Below, piece by piece: positions 33,201 through 43,825 of a stretch of 64,000 bases of DNA (the first letter of the stretch is position 1; each line of letters opens with the position of its first letter). Both the position numbers and the translations under genes were made by a program. The stretch is from the NCBI GenBank assembly GCA_048270185.1, contig JBLWTJ010000004.1, positions 164,615 to 228,614 of the forward strand, written 5' to 3'. Under the pieces are notes generated by a model, which saw only the letters and a program-made list of their open reading frames with translations, was not told the DNA's origin and made no database searches. The stretch comes from Bacteriovoracaceae bacterium (lineage in GTDB: Bacteria > Bdellovibrionota > Bacteriovoracia > Bacteriovoracales > Bacteriovoracaceae).

Positions 33201-35090
33201 ATGAATAGAGTAGAAGAGTTAGCAAATCTTATCAAGAAACATAAGGCATTATACTATGCTGGAAAGCCTGAGATTAGTGATGCTGATTACGATAAAATCG
33301 AAGATGAGCTTAGGGACTTAGATCCTAATAATTCAGCACTTAAACTTGTTGGAACAGTTGTGACAAGTTTAGATAAGGTCCGTCACGATAAGAAAATGCT
33401 CTCTCTAGGAAAGACTTATAGTACAGATGAACTTATTACTTGGGCCAAGAAATATGAAGTTCTAGGTATCTATAAAGTTGATGGTGTCTCTTGCTCACTC
33501 ATTTATGAAGATGGAAAACTAGTCCTTGGTAAAACACGAGGAGATGGAACTTTTGGTGAGAATATTACTCAAAAAGTTTCTTGGATGAAGGGCGTTCCAA
33601 CTACAATCTCTATCAAAGAGCGCATTGAAGTTCGTGGTGAAATGTATTGTGATGAAGAATCTTTCTTTCATCTTTCTGAAACCATGGTTGCGCAAGGATT
33701 AGAGAAACCAACTTCTCAGCGAAATATCGTAGCAGGACTTGTTGGCCGTAAAGAAAATATTAATCTTTGTTCTTTTATTAATTTTAAGGCATTTGATTTG
33801 TTAGGCCCTGAATTTATAAAAGAGAGCGATAAGTATGAAACTCTCAAAAAAGAAAATTTTGATATCTTAGAATATACATTAATGAAATCTGAGAAAGATT
33901 TTAAAGAAGCTATCGAAGATGCAAAAGACTTTATGACCAATGGGGATTATCTAATTGATGGCCTTGTCTTTGTTTACAATGACCTTAAACTTCATGCTGA
34001 GCTAGGAGAGACTGCGCACCATCCTCGATATAAGATGGCATTTAAGTTTCCTGGTGAGACAGTTCAAACAATTCTTAAGTCAATTACATGGCAAGTTTCT
34101 CGAAATGGAATCCTTACTCCAGTTGGTGAAGTCGAGCCAGTTTCAATTAGTGGTGCAGTTGTTTCACGTGTTACCCTTCACAATTATGGAATGGTTAAAC
34201 AACACAACCTTAAGTCAGGTGATAAGATTGAAATCATTCGAAGTGGGGAAGTGATACCTAAATTTCTTGAAACTAAAGAAGAGTCTTCAAATGAATTTAG
34301 TATTCCATCACAATGCCCTAGTTGTGAAAAGCCTGTTGTAATAGAAGACATTAGACTATTTTGTAAGAACCCTGCATGTCCCGCACAGATTAAAGAAGTT
34401 ATTTTAAACTTCATCCAAAAGATTGGAATCGATGATTTAAGCTCAAAAAGACTCGAAGAAATGATCAAAAGAGGTCTTGTAACAACTATCGAAGATCTCT
34501 ATAAACTTGATATGGATAGCCTTTTAGAACTAGATAAGGTTAAAGAAAAGCTAGCAACAAAATTATTAAGTTCTATTGAAAAATCAAAAGGTGCAGATTT
34601 AATTACATTCTTATCTGCACTAGGAATTACAGGTGGGGCAATCAATAAGTGTGAAAAAGTAGTTCATGGCGGATTTGATTCGATTGAAAAGCTTCTATCA
34701 ATGAATGCAGATCAATTAGCTACACTTGAAGGATTTGCTGAAAAATCAGCCTCAACTTTTGTCAACTCATTACAAGAAAAGAAAGACTTAATTTCAAATC
34801 TACAAAATCTTGGTTTCACTTTTGAAGTAATTGAAGAAACGATTGGTTCTTCATTGGCAGGTATGAAAATTTGTATTACAGGTACTTTATCTCGCAAACG
34901 AGGTGATATTGAAAAAGATATCAAAGCTGCTGGCGGAAGCCCTGTTGGTTCTGTAAGTAAGAATACAGATATACTTCTAACGAATGAAACAGAGGCCAAA
35001 TCTTCTAAGTATAAGAAGGCACTCGAGCTAGGAATTACAATAAAGAGCGAAGATGAAGTTATGAGGATGATCAATGGCCAAGAAGAGTAA
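33201..35090 (+). CDS. ligA: NAD-dependent DNA ligase
   Basis: KVDG adenylation motif, TRGDG, EVRGE, Cys4 zinc finger, BRCT (CITGTL...GSVSKNTD). Confidence 0.97.
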   Translation: MNRVEELANLIKKHKALYYAGKPEISDADYDKIEDELRDLDPNNSALKLVGTVVTSLDKVRHDKKMLSLGKTYSTDELITWAKKYEVLGIYKVDGVSCSLIYEDGKLVLGKTRGDGTFGENITQKVSWMKGVPTTISIKERIEVRGEMYCDEESFFHLSETMVAQGLEKPTSQRNIVAGLVGRKENINLCSFINFKAFDLLGPEFIKESDKYETLKKENFDILEYTLMKSEKDFKEAIEDAKDFMTNGDYLIDGLVFVYNDLKLHAELGETAHHPRYKMAFKFPGETVQTILKSITWQVSRNGILTPVGEVEPVSISGAVVSRVTLHNYGMVKQHNLKSGDKIEIIRSGEVIPKFLETKEESSNEFSIPSQCPSCEKPVVIEDIRLFCKNPACPAQIKEVILNFIQKIGIDDLSSKRLEEMIKRGLVTTIEDLYKLDMDSLLELDKVKEKLATKLLSSIEKSKGADLITFLSALGITGGAINKCEKVVHGGFDSIEKLLSMNADQLATLEGFAEKSASTFVNSLQEKKDLISNLQNLGFTFEVIEETIGSSLAGMKICITGTLSRKRGDIEKDIKAAGGSPVGSVSKNTDILLTNETEAKSSKYKKALELGITIKSEDEVMRMINGQEE

Positions 35091-36444
35091 GAAAGTATTC
35101 GAGTGTTCTAACTGTGGTTTTCAAACTGCAAAGTGGATGGGGCGCTGTACTGATTGTGGTGAATGGAATAGCTTCGTTGAAGAAACTTTCACTCCTGTTC
35201 AAGAAAGTATCAAGGTTAAGGCCGTTGGTGAAACAGTACCTAAAAAATTAAAAGAAATTGAAGTTGAAAAATATAATCGAGTTGAGACTGGTATCGGAGA
35301 ATTTGACCGTGTTGTCGGTGGTGGTCTTGTTCCTGGATCACTTATTCTTATCGGTGGTGAGCCTGGTATTGGGAAATCGACTCTTCTAACTGAGATGCTT
35401 TCAAAGCTTTCTGGAAAACAAAGTGATGAAAGCTTTCTCTACGTTAGTGGGGAAGAGAGTGAAGGACAGGTTGCTGGTCGTGCAAAACGCATGGGCCTTA
35501 AAAATGATTCATTCTATATTTATAATGAAACGAATTGGCAAAATATTCTAAATCAAATCAAAAAGATCAAGCCACGCTTTATGGTTCTTGATTCAATTCA
35601 GACAACGACTTCAAGTGAATTACAATCTCCTCCAGGGACTGTTTCTCAAATTCGTGAAGTGACATATGAATTAATGAATCATGTGAAGGCCACAGGGATA
35701 ACATGCTTTATCGTAGGCCATATCACAAAAGATGGCGCAATTGCTGGACCTAAGATACTTGAACATATGGTTGATACAGTGATCTATTTTGAGGGGGATC
35801 AATTTGGTCATTATCGTATGCTACGAGCTATTAAGAATCGCTTTGGAAATACTAATGAGGTTGGCATTTTTGAAATGAAAGAAGATGGTTTAAATGAAGT
35901 AAAAAATCCATCACAATTCTTTCTTGATGATGATCTCGAAGATAGCTTCGGAAAGAGTCTAACTTGTATTAAAGAAGGAACAAGGCCTCTTTTTGTTGAA
36001 GTACAGGCCCTTGTTGCAGAAAATAAATTTGGTAATGGCCGACGTACAACGCAAGGACTTGATAATAACCGTGTTGCTATGATGGTTGCTATTATAGAAA
36101 AATACGCCAATATACCGATGGGTATGAATGATATCTATGTCAATGTTGTCGGTAGTATGAAGCTAAATACTCGTGAATCTGATCTAAGTATTATTGCTGC
36201 TTTATTAAGTTCATATAAATCTAAACCAATTCCAAAAGATACCATCTTCTTGGGAGAAGTTGGCCTGACTGGTGAAGTTCGTACAGTTCCACATATGGAG
36301 ATGCGAATAAAAGAAATGGAACAACTTAATTATAAGAAATTAGTTGCATCACCAAAGATTGCAAGAGAGTATGCAAAGAAATCTAAATTACAGATTATTC
36401 CAGTTAAAAGAGTAACAGATATCTTCAAAATCCTAGGTGATTAG
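35074..36444 (+). CDS. radA: DNA repair protein RadA/Sms
   Basis: CxxC..CxxC zinc finger, GEPGIGKST, KNRFG motif. Confidence 0.98.
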   Translation: MAKKSKKVFECSNCGFQTAKWMGRCTDCGEWNSFVEETFTPVQESIKVKAVGETVPKKLKEIEVEKYNRVETGIGEFDRVVGGGLVPGSLILIGGEPGIGKSTLLTEMLSKLSGKQSDESFLYVSGEESEGQVAGRAKRMGLKNDSFYIYNETNWQNILNQIKKIKPRFMVLDSIQTTTSSELQSPPGTVSQIREVTYELMNHVKATGITCFIVGHITKDGAIAGPKILEHMVDTVIYFEGDQFGHYRMLRAIKNRFGNTNEVGIFEMKEDGLNEVKNPSQFFLDDDLEDSFGKSLTCIKEGTRPLFVEVQALVAENKFGNGRRTTQGLDNNRVAMMVAIIEKYANIPMGMNDIYVNVVGSMKLNTRESDLSIIAALLSSYKSKPIPKDTIFLGEVGLTGEVRTVPHMEMRIKEMEQLNYKKLVASPKIAREYAKKSKLQIIPVKRVTDIFKILGD

Positions 36445-37919
36445 AAATTTAACTCAATATACTTTGACCATAGGTTTTTCTTATATTCAAAGTATGAGTC
36501 ATTTTTTGAACTAGCTTCAAAATGATTTTCGACTTCCCATTGCTTACTTACATCTTCAATTGTCATAAGCCCTGCACCAATTGCTGCTGCCAGTGCAGCA
36601 CCATATGAAGTTGTTTCAATGATACGGGGTCTTGTCACATTAATCTTTGAAATATCTGCTTGAATCTGCATAAGTAGATTATTGGCAACAGCACCACCAT
36701 CGACTTTAAATTCTTCTAGATCACTTCCCATATCACTCTTCATTGCTTGTATAAGATCATTTATACTAAGTGCAATTCCTTCAAGAGCTACACGACAGAT
36801 ATCATTTGTATTCGTCCCTCTTGTCATTCCGATTAGTGCAGCTTTGGCATTTGGTCGCCAATATGGTGATCCAATACCTGTGAAGAATGGAAAGAGTAGA
36901 AGGTCTTTGATTTGTTCAAGGTCTTTAACTTCACATGCCTTATCTTCAGTTTGTGAAGCTGAATCAATAATTTCTAAATTATCTCGCAGCCATTGCACAC
37001 AAGCACCTGCAATATAGCACGATCCTTCAAGAGCGTAGTAAGTCTTATCTTGGTACTTATATGCGACAGTCGTAAGTAAACCATGTTCAGAATATTTCTT
37101 CTCTTCACCTGTGTTAACTAGCATGAAGGCCCCTGTACCATAAGTACATTTTCCAGTTCCTTTATCAAAGCAAGCTTGTCCAAAGAGTGCTGCTTGTTGA
37201 TCACCTAGTATTCCATTAATAGGAATTCCATCTGGAAGAAAGTCTAATCCCTTTGTGACTCCAAAATCACAAATAGATTCACAAACTTCTGGAAGAGTTG
37301 ATTTATCAATACCTAGAATTTTACATAATTCATCATTCCACTGACATGAATCCAGTGACATAAGGAGGGTACGGGATGCATTGCTAACATCTGTTTTAAA
37401 AGAGATGCAACCAGATAAACGATAAAGTAGGAACGTATCAATCGTTCCAAAGTGTAGATCGTGATTCTTGTGGGCCTCTTTTACATATTGATTATTATTA
37501 AGAAGCCAATTCATTTTAGTTCCAGAAAAGTACGGATCTAAAGGAAGGCCTGTTTCTTTCTTAAATTTTTCTTCATGTGATTTTAGACTGTCACAATAAT
37601 CGGCCGTGCGACGATCTTGCCATACGATGGCCTTTGCAAGGGCATCACCCTTGCGGTTAAATGCACAAGTCGTCTCACGTTGATTTGTGATTCCAATTGA
37701 TTTAATTTTACTCGAGTCAATATTGTTTCTTTTAAGAACTGTCTGCACAGTATTCTTGACACTTTTCCAGATTTCATCGAGATCATGTTCAACCCATCCT
37801 GGATTTGGAAAGTGTTGTTTAAACTCTTGATTCTCTTTATCAATAAATTTGAATGTCTCAGCATCAATGATTGTAGCAGTGGTACCAGTCGTTCCCTGAT
37901 CTAGTGATAAGATAAACAT
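36441..37919 (-). CDS. glpK: Glycerol kinase
   Basis: DQGTTGT, GITNQRET, WQDRRT, GDQQAALFGQ, KCTYGTG. Confidence 0.96.
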   Translation of the reverse strand: MFILSLDQGTTGTTATIIDAETFKFIDKENQEFKQHFPNPGWVEHDLDEIWKSVKNTVQTVLKRNNIDSSKIKSIGITNQRETTCAFNRKGDALAKAIVWQDRRTADYCDSLKSHEEKFKKETGLPLDPYFSGTKMNWLLNNNQYVKEAHKNHDLHFGTIDTFLLYRLSGCISFKTDVSNASRTLLMSLDSCQWNDELCKILGIDKSTLPEVCESICDFGVTKGLDFLPDGIPINGILGDQQAALFGQACFDKGTGKCTYGTGAFMLVNTGEEKKYSEHGLLTTVAYKYQDKTYYALEGSCYIAGACVQWLRDNLEIIDSASQTEDKACEVKDLEQIKDLLLFPFFTGIGSPYWRPNAKAALIGMTRGTNTNDICRVALEGIALSINDLIQAMKSDMGSDLEEFKVDGGAVANNLLMQIQADISKINVTRPRIIETTSYGAALAAAIGAGLMTIEDVSKQWEVENHFEASSKNDSYFEYKKNLWSKYIELNF

Positions 37920-37942
37920 AAAGTCTCCAGTATTCGATTAAA

Positions 37943-38161
37943 TTACTCTGTTAATGATAGGCCAGGATTACTTCCTGGATGATTTCTTACAATACTATTA
38001 ATGGCTATTTCCCATTGTTTGGCCAAATAAAAATTGGAGCTCTTAAGTATAGTAAGTGAGAGGCCGATAAGAACAACAAGCAGAAATATGAACTCAATAA
38101 GGGTTTGCCCTTTTTGGTCCAAAATATGAATTTGTTCTTTAATGTTGAGCTCTTTTTGCAT
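37943..38161 (-). CDS. TadE/Flp-like prepilin
   Basis: KGQTLIEF class III signal motif followed by a hydrophobic helix. Confidence 0.65.
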   Translation of the reverse strand: MQKELNIKEQIHILDQKGQTLIEFIFLLVVLIGLSLTILKSSNFYLAKQWEIAINSIVRNHPGSNPGLSLTE

Positions 38162-38213
38162 AGTGCAATTCTTCCGATTTTGTGTATAATTGTATTTTAA
38201 CTGGGAATATTAA

Positions 38214-38777
38214 TTGAGTATAGAAAGTAAAAAATTTCCATATAAAATTATCGTGATAGCCTGCGTTTTAGTGTTTGGTTCTCTCTTTGTTACTGATGAG
38301 AGCTTCACAACTGCGAAGGTGGCCGGCGTTGATGTTAAAAAAATCCAACACTATGAGTCAATGCTTGTTCGTCCAGATCTTGAGACGACAAGTGGAAAGA
38401 AGTTTGAAAAGGAAGCCCTTTCTAAGGGTGTAGTTATTGTAAATTTTTGGGCCAGCTGGTGCACACCATGTCTTGAAGAATTTCCAAGTATAGTCTCTTT
38501 AAGAAATGAAATAAAAAGTGATAAATTAAAAATTATCGCAATCAATTCTGATGAAGGACCTAAACAATCAAAACAAATTGAAAAAATTGTAAAAAAATAC
38601 AATGTTAACTTTGATATCGTAAAAGATACTCAAGGAAAACTAACAGATGCTTTCATGGTATCTGCAATACCAGTATCGATTATCTTTAAAGATGGACGAG
38701 TTGTTGAAGTTGCAAATGGTGCAAAAGATTTCAACTCAGAAGAATTTAAAGAAAAAATTCGCGATTGGATTAAATAG
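38214..38777 (+). CDS. TlpA/ResA-family thiol-disulfide oxidoreductase
   Basis: N-terminal anchor, VNFWASWCTPCLEEFP, cis-Pro IPVS. Confidence 0.9.
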   Translation: MSIESKKFPYKIIVIACVLVFGSLFVTDESFTTAKVAGVDVKKIQHYESMLVRPDLETTSGKKFEKEALSKGVVIVNFWASWCTPCLEEFPSIVSLRNEIKSDKLKIIAINSDEGPKQSKQIEKIVKKYNVNFDIVKDTQGKLTDAFMVSAIPVSIIFKDGRVVEVANGAKDFNSEEFKEKIRDWIK

Positions 38778-39996
38778 AATCCACACTCACTACTAAATTT
38801 CTACCCCAGCTATAAGTAATTTCAGCAATTGTTTCTGTTTTATAAATTGTGAATCTTGGTGCAAATCTCTTAATGATTGCTCCTTGATTATTTTTTCCTA
38901 AAGCTGCTGCTGCATTTAGAGTAATTCCCGCCCACATTTGCGCCATATTAATACCATAAAGTGGAGCTGCGATTGAAGCGAGTAAGAGAAGATTATCACA
39001 ATGACATGAGCCAGGATTATAGTCAGAAGCGATTGAAAGTTTACAGCCACCATCAGCTAAGGCCTTAGCATCAGCTTTTGGTTTCCCCAAGAATAATCCA
39101 GTTCCCGGTAATACAGTGGCAACCGTTTTTGATTTTGATAATCTTTCGATTCCATCTTTTGTTGTACATAGTAGATGGTCTGTACTTAGGGCACCTAACT
39201 CACAAGCAAGAATAGCACCTTTGTTATCATTGAATTCATCAGCATGTGTTTTTAATGGTATTCCATATTTCTGTGCTGCACTGGCAAGTTTCTTTACGTC
39301 ACTTTCATTAAAATAGCCTTCTTCATGGAAAATATCGACACAGTCAATAATCCCAAGTGGCGCAATTTCATCAAGTAGTGGAATAACTACTTCATCCATA
39401 AAGGCTTCAGTTGAAGTAAAGTTCTTTGGTAGTGCATGGGCGGGCATGAAAGTATTAAAAATTTGGACTTTTGGAGAGAACTCTTTTTTTAATTCTCCGA
39501 TAAGTTTTGTCATTCTCATCTCGCCTTCATATGTAAGAGAGTATCCTGACTTAATTTCTATTGTACCAACTCCATAGCTTAGAATGCGATTAATGCGCTC
39601 GCGACATAGTCTTAGAAGTTCTTCATCACTTTGTGAATTCGTTCCAATTGAGGTTGCAACAATACCACCACCGGCTTTTGCTATTTCCTGGTAGTCGGCA
39701 CCATTTAATCGCATTTGATATTCATTAGCTCGATTGCCACCAAAAATTAGGTGAGTATGTGAATCGACAAGTTCAGGAGTTATAACATAACCAGAGAGAT
39801 CTTTAACAGTTTCTGCTTTCTTAATATATTCCACAGGAATATTTTCAGAATCTCCAACCCAGATAATTTCAGCTTCATCAAAAACAATGGCACCATTTTG
39901 AAGAACACTTGTGTCTTCAGGTAATAGGTTCCTTCCATCTTTTTGATGTGCCGATGATAGGGTTAGAACTTCGTTAATATTCTTGTAGATTTGCAT
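38770..39996 (-). CDS. hutI: Imidazolonepropionase
   Basis: DSHTHLIFGGNRANE, EIKSGY, HADEF, ASDYNPGS. Confidence 0.96.
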   Translation of the reverse strand: MQIYKNINEVLTLSSAHQKDGRNLLPEDTSVLQNGAIVFDEAEIIWVGDSENIPVEYIKKAETVKDLSGYVITPELVDSHTHLIFGGNRANEYQMRLNGADYQEIAKAGGGIVATSIGTNSQSDEELLRLCRERINRILSYGVGTIEIKSGYSLTYEGEMRMTKLIGELKKEFSPKVQIFNTFMPAHALPKNFTSTEAFMDEVVIPLLDEIAPLGIIDCVDIFHEEGYFNESDVKKLASAAQKYGIPLKTHADEFNDNKGAILACELGALSTDHLLCTTKDGIERLSKSKTVATVLPGTGLFLGKPKADAKALADGGCKLSIASDYNPGSCHCDNLLLLASIAAPLYGINMAQMWAGITLNAAAALGKNNQGAIIKRFAPRFTIYKTETIAEITYSWGRNLVVSVDSI

Positions 39997-41534
39997 TACT
40001 TAAGTTTTCCTACGTGCTTCTCAACTGCTCTTAAAAGTTCACCATTATTAATGAGAGCTTCAATATTGTTGATGTCTTTATAGAAAACTCGATCTTCTAC
40101 AATCTTATCAACTGACTTTCTGATGTGAGTAATTAATTCTTCGATTGCATCAGAAGACTTAAGAGGTCTGTGGAATTCGATTGCTTGAGTGTTACATAGT
40201 AATTCAATCGCTAGACATTTTGATGCATTTTCGATTACTTCTAGAAGTTTACGCCCAGATGTAACACCCATTGAAACGTGATCTTCTTTGTCTGTTGAAG
40301 TAGGTACTGAGTCAACACTTGCAGGATGACATAGGTATTTGTTTTCTGATGTTAAAGCAGCCGCTGTAACATGAGCTATCATTAGACCACTATTAAGTCC
40401 TGACTCTGGAGTCAAGAAGGCCGGAAGATCAGAGAATGTTGGGTTCATCATTTTTTCAACACGTCTTTCACTTATATTACAAAGCTCTGCCATACCAATC
40501 GCTAGGTAGTCCATTGCCATAGCAATTGCTTCTCCGTGAAAGTTACCACCTGAGATGACTTCATCTTCTGCTAAAAAGATAAGTGGGTTATCTGTTACAG
40601 CATTAAGCTCGATACCTAATACCTCTTTTGCGTGATTTAGTGTTTGTCTTGAAGCACCGTGTACTTGTGGAACACATCTAAGTGAATAAGGATCTTGAAC
40701 TTTACCACAGTCAACGTGTGAATCTAAGATTTGGCTTCCACTAATAATATTCATAACGTTAATAGCTGAGGCCATTTGACCTGGGTGTGGCTTTAATCCG
40801 TGAATCTTGTGATCGTATGCTCTTAGTGTTCCACGAACCCCATCAAGTGTTGTTGCTGCACAAATATCAGCAATACGAACTAGATTTTCAGACTTTTTAA
40901 TGGCAATAGCTCCAAGAGCTGCCATTACAGCTGTACCATTGATGAGTGCTAGACCGTCTTTAGGTCCTAGTTGAACAGGCTCTTTACCAATATCTCTAAT
41001 AGCAAAGTCAGAGCGAAGAGTTTTGTCATTGTAAACAACTTCACCTTCACCAATCAGTGCAAGAGCAATATGTGACAGAGGAGCAAGGTCCCCTGAAGCA
41101 CCAACTGATCCTTTTTCTGGAACAACTGGAATAATATCATTGTTAATAAAATCAATTAATAACTCAATGGCCGAAATTGAAACACCTGAAAAGCCTGAAG
41201 CAAGACAATTTGCTCTAAGAAGCATAATGGCCTTTGTGATTTCTTTTGAAAAAGGCTTTCCAACACCTGTACAGTGAGAGCGAATTAGATTTATTTGAAG
41301 TTGGCTTAAATCTTCTTTCTTAATATGCTTGTCTGATAGTGCGCCAAATCCAGTGTTGATTCCGTAAACAGGCTCACCTTTATCGACAATATTTTTAACA
41401 TATTCTTTCGACTTAAGAACACTTGCACGTGCTATATCACTTAATTTAACTTTAACACTATCTTTCTTTGCAAAGGCAACTTCGTAAATATCGTCAATAC
41501 TTAAGCTGTGTCCATCAATTATAATTTCTTTCAT
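39996..41534 (-). CDS. hutH: Histidine ammonia-lyase
   Basis: YGINTGFG, GSVGASGDLAPL (MIO), QDPYSLRCVPQ, EDHVSMG; next to hutI. Confidence 0.97.
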   Translation of the reverse strand: MKEIIIDGHSLSIDDIYEVAFAKKDSVKVKLSDIARASVLKSKEYVKNIVDKGEPVYGINTGFGALSDKHIKKEDLSQLQINLIRSHCTGVGKPFSKEITKAIMLLRANCLASGFSGVSISAIELLIDFINNDIIPVVPEKGSVGASGDLAPLSHIALALIGEGEVVYNDKTLRSDFAIRDIGKEPVQLGPKDGLALINGTAVMAALGAIAIKKSENLVRIADICAATTLDGVRGTLRAYDHKIHGLKPHPGQMASAINVMNIISGSQILDSHVDCGKVQDPYSLRCVPQVHGASRQTLNHAKEVLGIELNAVTDNPLIFLAEDEVISGGNFHGEAIAMAMDYLAIGMAELCNISERRVEKMMNPTFSDLPAFLTPESGLNSGLMIAHVTAAALTSENKYLCHPASVDSVPTSTDKEDHVSMGVTSGRKLLEVIENASKCLAIELLCNTQAIEFHRPLKSSDAIEELITHIRKSVDKIVEDRVFYKDINNIEALINNGELLRAVEKHVGKLK

Positions 41535-41548
41535 CTATTTATTCCTAT

Positions 41549-42202
41549 CTATCTTAAAGATTCTACTTGTGTAATATATTCGTTTGTCGCTTTTCCAAAG
41601 ATATAAGAACCTGCTACGAGGTTATCAGCTCCAGCATCACGACATAGTTTTCCTGTTTCTGCATTAATTCCACCATCAACTTGAATTTGGAAATTAAGGC
41701 CATGTTCATTTTTTAAATTTGTGAGATATTTAATTTTATCAATAGCGTTTGGCATAAAGCTTTGTCCGCCAAATCCAGGTTCAACTGACATGACCAAGAT
41801 AAGATCGATCTCTTTTAATAATTCGATTGTTAGCTCTTGTGCTTCAGTGGCCGGCTTTATTGATAGACCAATCTTATTATAAAATGGTTTATACTTTTTA
41901 ATTAACTCTAAATGATTACATTGAATCTCATAGTGATATGTTATATTTTCAATGCCAATATCTTTTAACTCTTCCATGTGAAACTCTGGATTTGTCACCA
42001 TTAAATGTACATCAAGAGGAAGAGTAGTTTTCTTTTTTAATTGTTTAATGACTGGTATTCCAAAAGTTAGGTTTGGAACGAAGTGTCCATCCATTACATC
42101 TAGGTGTAACCAAAGATCTTTTACATTTTCGATAACTGAAATATCTGAGATTAAATTTGTAAAATCAGCAGCGAGAATACTTGGTGAAATAATTGTACTC
42201 AT
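41549..42202 (-). CDS. rpe: Ribulose-phosphate 3-epimerase
   Basis: SPSILAADF, HLDVMDGHFVPNLTFG, MSVEPGFGGQ, VDGG. Confidence 0.97.
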   Translation of the reverse strand: MSTIISPSILAADFTNLISDISVIENVKDLWLHLDVMDGHFVPNLTFGIPVIKQLKKKTTLPLDVHLMVTNPEFHMEELKDIGIENITYHYEIQCNHLELIKKYKPFYNKIGLSIKPATEAQELTIELLKEIDLILVMSVEPGFGGQSFMPNAIDKIKYLTNLKNEHGLNFQIQVDGGINAETGKLCRDAGADNLVAGSYIFGKATNEYITQVESLR

Positions 42203-42212
42203 TTAAAACTCC

Positions 42213-43157
42213 CTATGAAATTTCAAAACTATCATACTTATTAGTAAGTCCATTGACAGCGTCAATATCACTACATGCTTTCTTTCCTTCGAGTTGAATT
42301 GTTTTAAGTCTTACAACACTATCTTTACATCCAACTAGAATCTTATTATCTGCAACTGAAATTTGCCCTGGTGCTAATTTAGTTCCAGCATACTTGGCGA
42401 CTTGAATAATTTTCAATCGCTTTCCATTTAAAAAACAAAAAGTTCCTGGCCATGGCTTGAGCGCTCTAACTTGATTGTGAATAGTTCTAAATTCACTAAC
42501 TGCAAATTTAATATGCCCATCTTCTTTTTTTAAAGTTGGAGCAAAACAAACATTGCTCTCGTCTTGCTCATAAGAAGAGATAGTTCCATTTGCCATATCA
42601 TCGATAAAGTCATTTAGGGTTAAAGCTGCAGCAAACTTTAAACGTGTGTAAAGTTGTCCACCAGTTTCATCATATCCTATTTGAAGCTTTGATTCTTTAA
42701 CAATATCACCAGCGTCCATTTTCTTAACCATCTTCTGGATTGAAACACCTGTTTCTTTATCACCATTTAATAGTGCGTATTGAATTGGAGCTGCGCCTCT
42801 ATACTTTGGGAGTAGAGAAGTGTGAATATTAAAACATCCAATCTTAGGTGAATTTAAAACTTTAGAACCTAGAAACTGAGCGAATGCTAAAACAAGAAAA
42901 AAGTCAGCATTGATATCTTCAAGTATATTTAATAGCTCAGGGTCTTTATTTATATTCTCTGTCTGATAAAATTTAATCTTATTCGATTTACAATAATCAA
43001 TAACTGGTGGAGATTGAAGTTTGTGACCACGCCCTGCTGGCCTGTCTGGCATACTGACGACCAAGGCCAAATCAATTAGTGGATGATTTGCCAGTAGCTC
43101 TAAGCTCGGGCAAGAAAAATCTGGTGTTCCAAAAAAGACGGCCTTAAGCTTATTCAC
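42213..43157 (-). CDS. fmt: Methionyl-tRNA formyltransferase (GTG start overlapping the def stop)
   Basis: FFGTPDF, NIHTSLLPKYRGAAPIQ, MDAGD. Confidence 0.96.
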   Translation of the reverse strand: MNKLKAVFFGTPDFSCPSLELLANHPLIDLALVVSMPDRPAGRGHKLQSPPVIDYCKSNKIKFYQTENINKDPELLNILEDINADFFLVLAFAQFLGSKVLNSPKIGCFNIHTSLLPKYRGAAPIQYALLNGDKETGVSIQKMVKKMDAGDIVKESKLQIGYDETGGQLYTRLKFAAALTLNDFIDDMANGTISSYEQDESNVCFAPTLKKEDGHIKFAVSEFRTIHNQVRALKPWPGTFCFLNGKRLKIIQVAKYAGTKLAPGQISVADNKILVGCKDSVVRLKTIQLEGKKACSDIDAVNGLTNKYDSFEIS

Positions 43158-43747
43158 TATTTTCCCTTTACTCGTTTCATGTATCTCTTTGTTAGAAAAT
43201 TTCTTTTTAGAGTAGAAAGTCTTTCCAGGAAAACAATTCCATCTAAGTGATCGTTCTCGTGTTGAATACAAACTGACAATAGGCCATCGACTTCTAATGT
43301 TTGTTCATTTCCGTCTAGGTCTTGGTATGTAACTTTAATTTGCTCAGACCTTTTTACTTCTTCGTAAATTCCTGGAACTGAAAGACACCCTTCTTCATAA
43401 AGAATCTCACCACTTATTTTTTCAATCTTTGGGTTGATAAAAACTCTTGGGTGAAAATTTGATAACTCGTAATCTCTAGTGCCATCAGCACGAGTAACTT
43501 CTTCGCGGTTATAATCGATATCCATTACAAATATTCTCTCTGAGATACCAATTTGTGGTGCCGCTAGTCCAATACCAGGTGCGTAGTACATAGTGTAGAG
43601 CATATCATTGACGAGTTTTTTTAAATCCTCATCGAATTTCTCAACAGGTTTTGCTACTTGTTTTAGCACTGGTGATGGGTACGTATAAATTTCGAGCTTT
43701 TCGCCCGAAAGGCTATAATTTTCTAAAAATTCTTCTGTCTTATTCAT
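43157..43747 (-). CDS. def: Peptide deformylase
   Basis: GIGLAAPQIG, EGCLSVPG, QHENDHLDG. Confidence 0.98.
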   Translation of the reverse strand: MNKTEEFLENYSLSGEKLEIYTYPSPVLKQVAKPVEKFDEDLKKLVNDMLYTMYYAPGIGLAAPQIGISERIFVMDIDYNREEVTRADGTRDYELSNFHPRVFINPKIEKISGEILYEEGCLSVPGIYEEVKRSEQIKVTYQDLDGNEQTLEVDGLLSVCIQHENDHLDGIVFLERLSTLKRNFLTKRYMKRVKGK

Positions 43748-43825
43748 GGCTTCCTTATAGCATGTGTGCGACGCACAAGTCTAGTCCTAGAACAGATAAT
43801 GGAATATGTCCGTCTTTAGAAATGA

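Noticed and set aside
34160..34175. TGTTTCACGTGTTACC in ligA (and ACTTCCACGTGAAGTT at 18081) as parS
   Set aside because: One half-site is poor in each; compatible with coding constraints.
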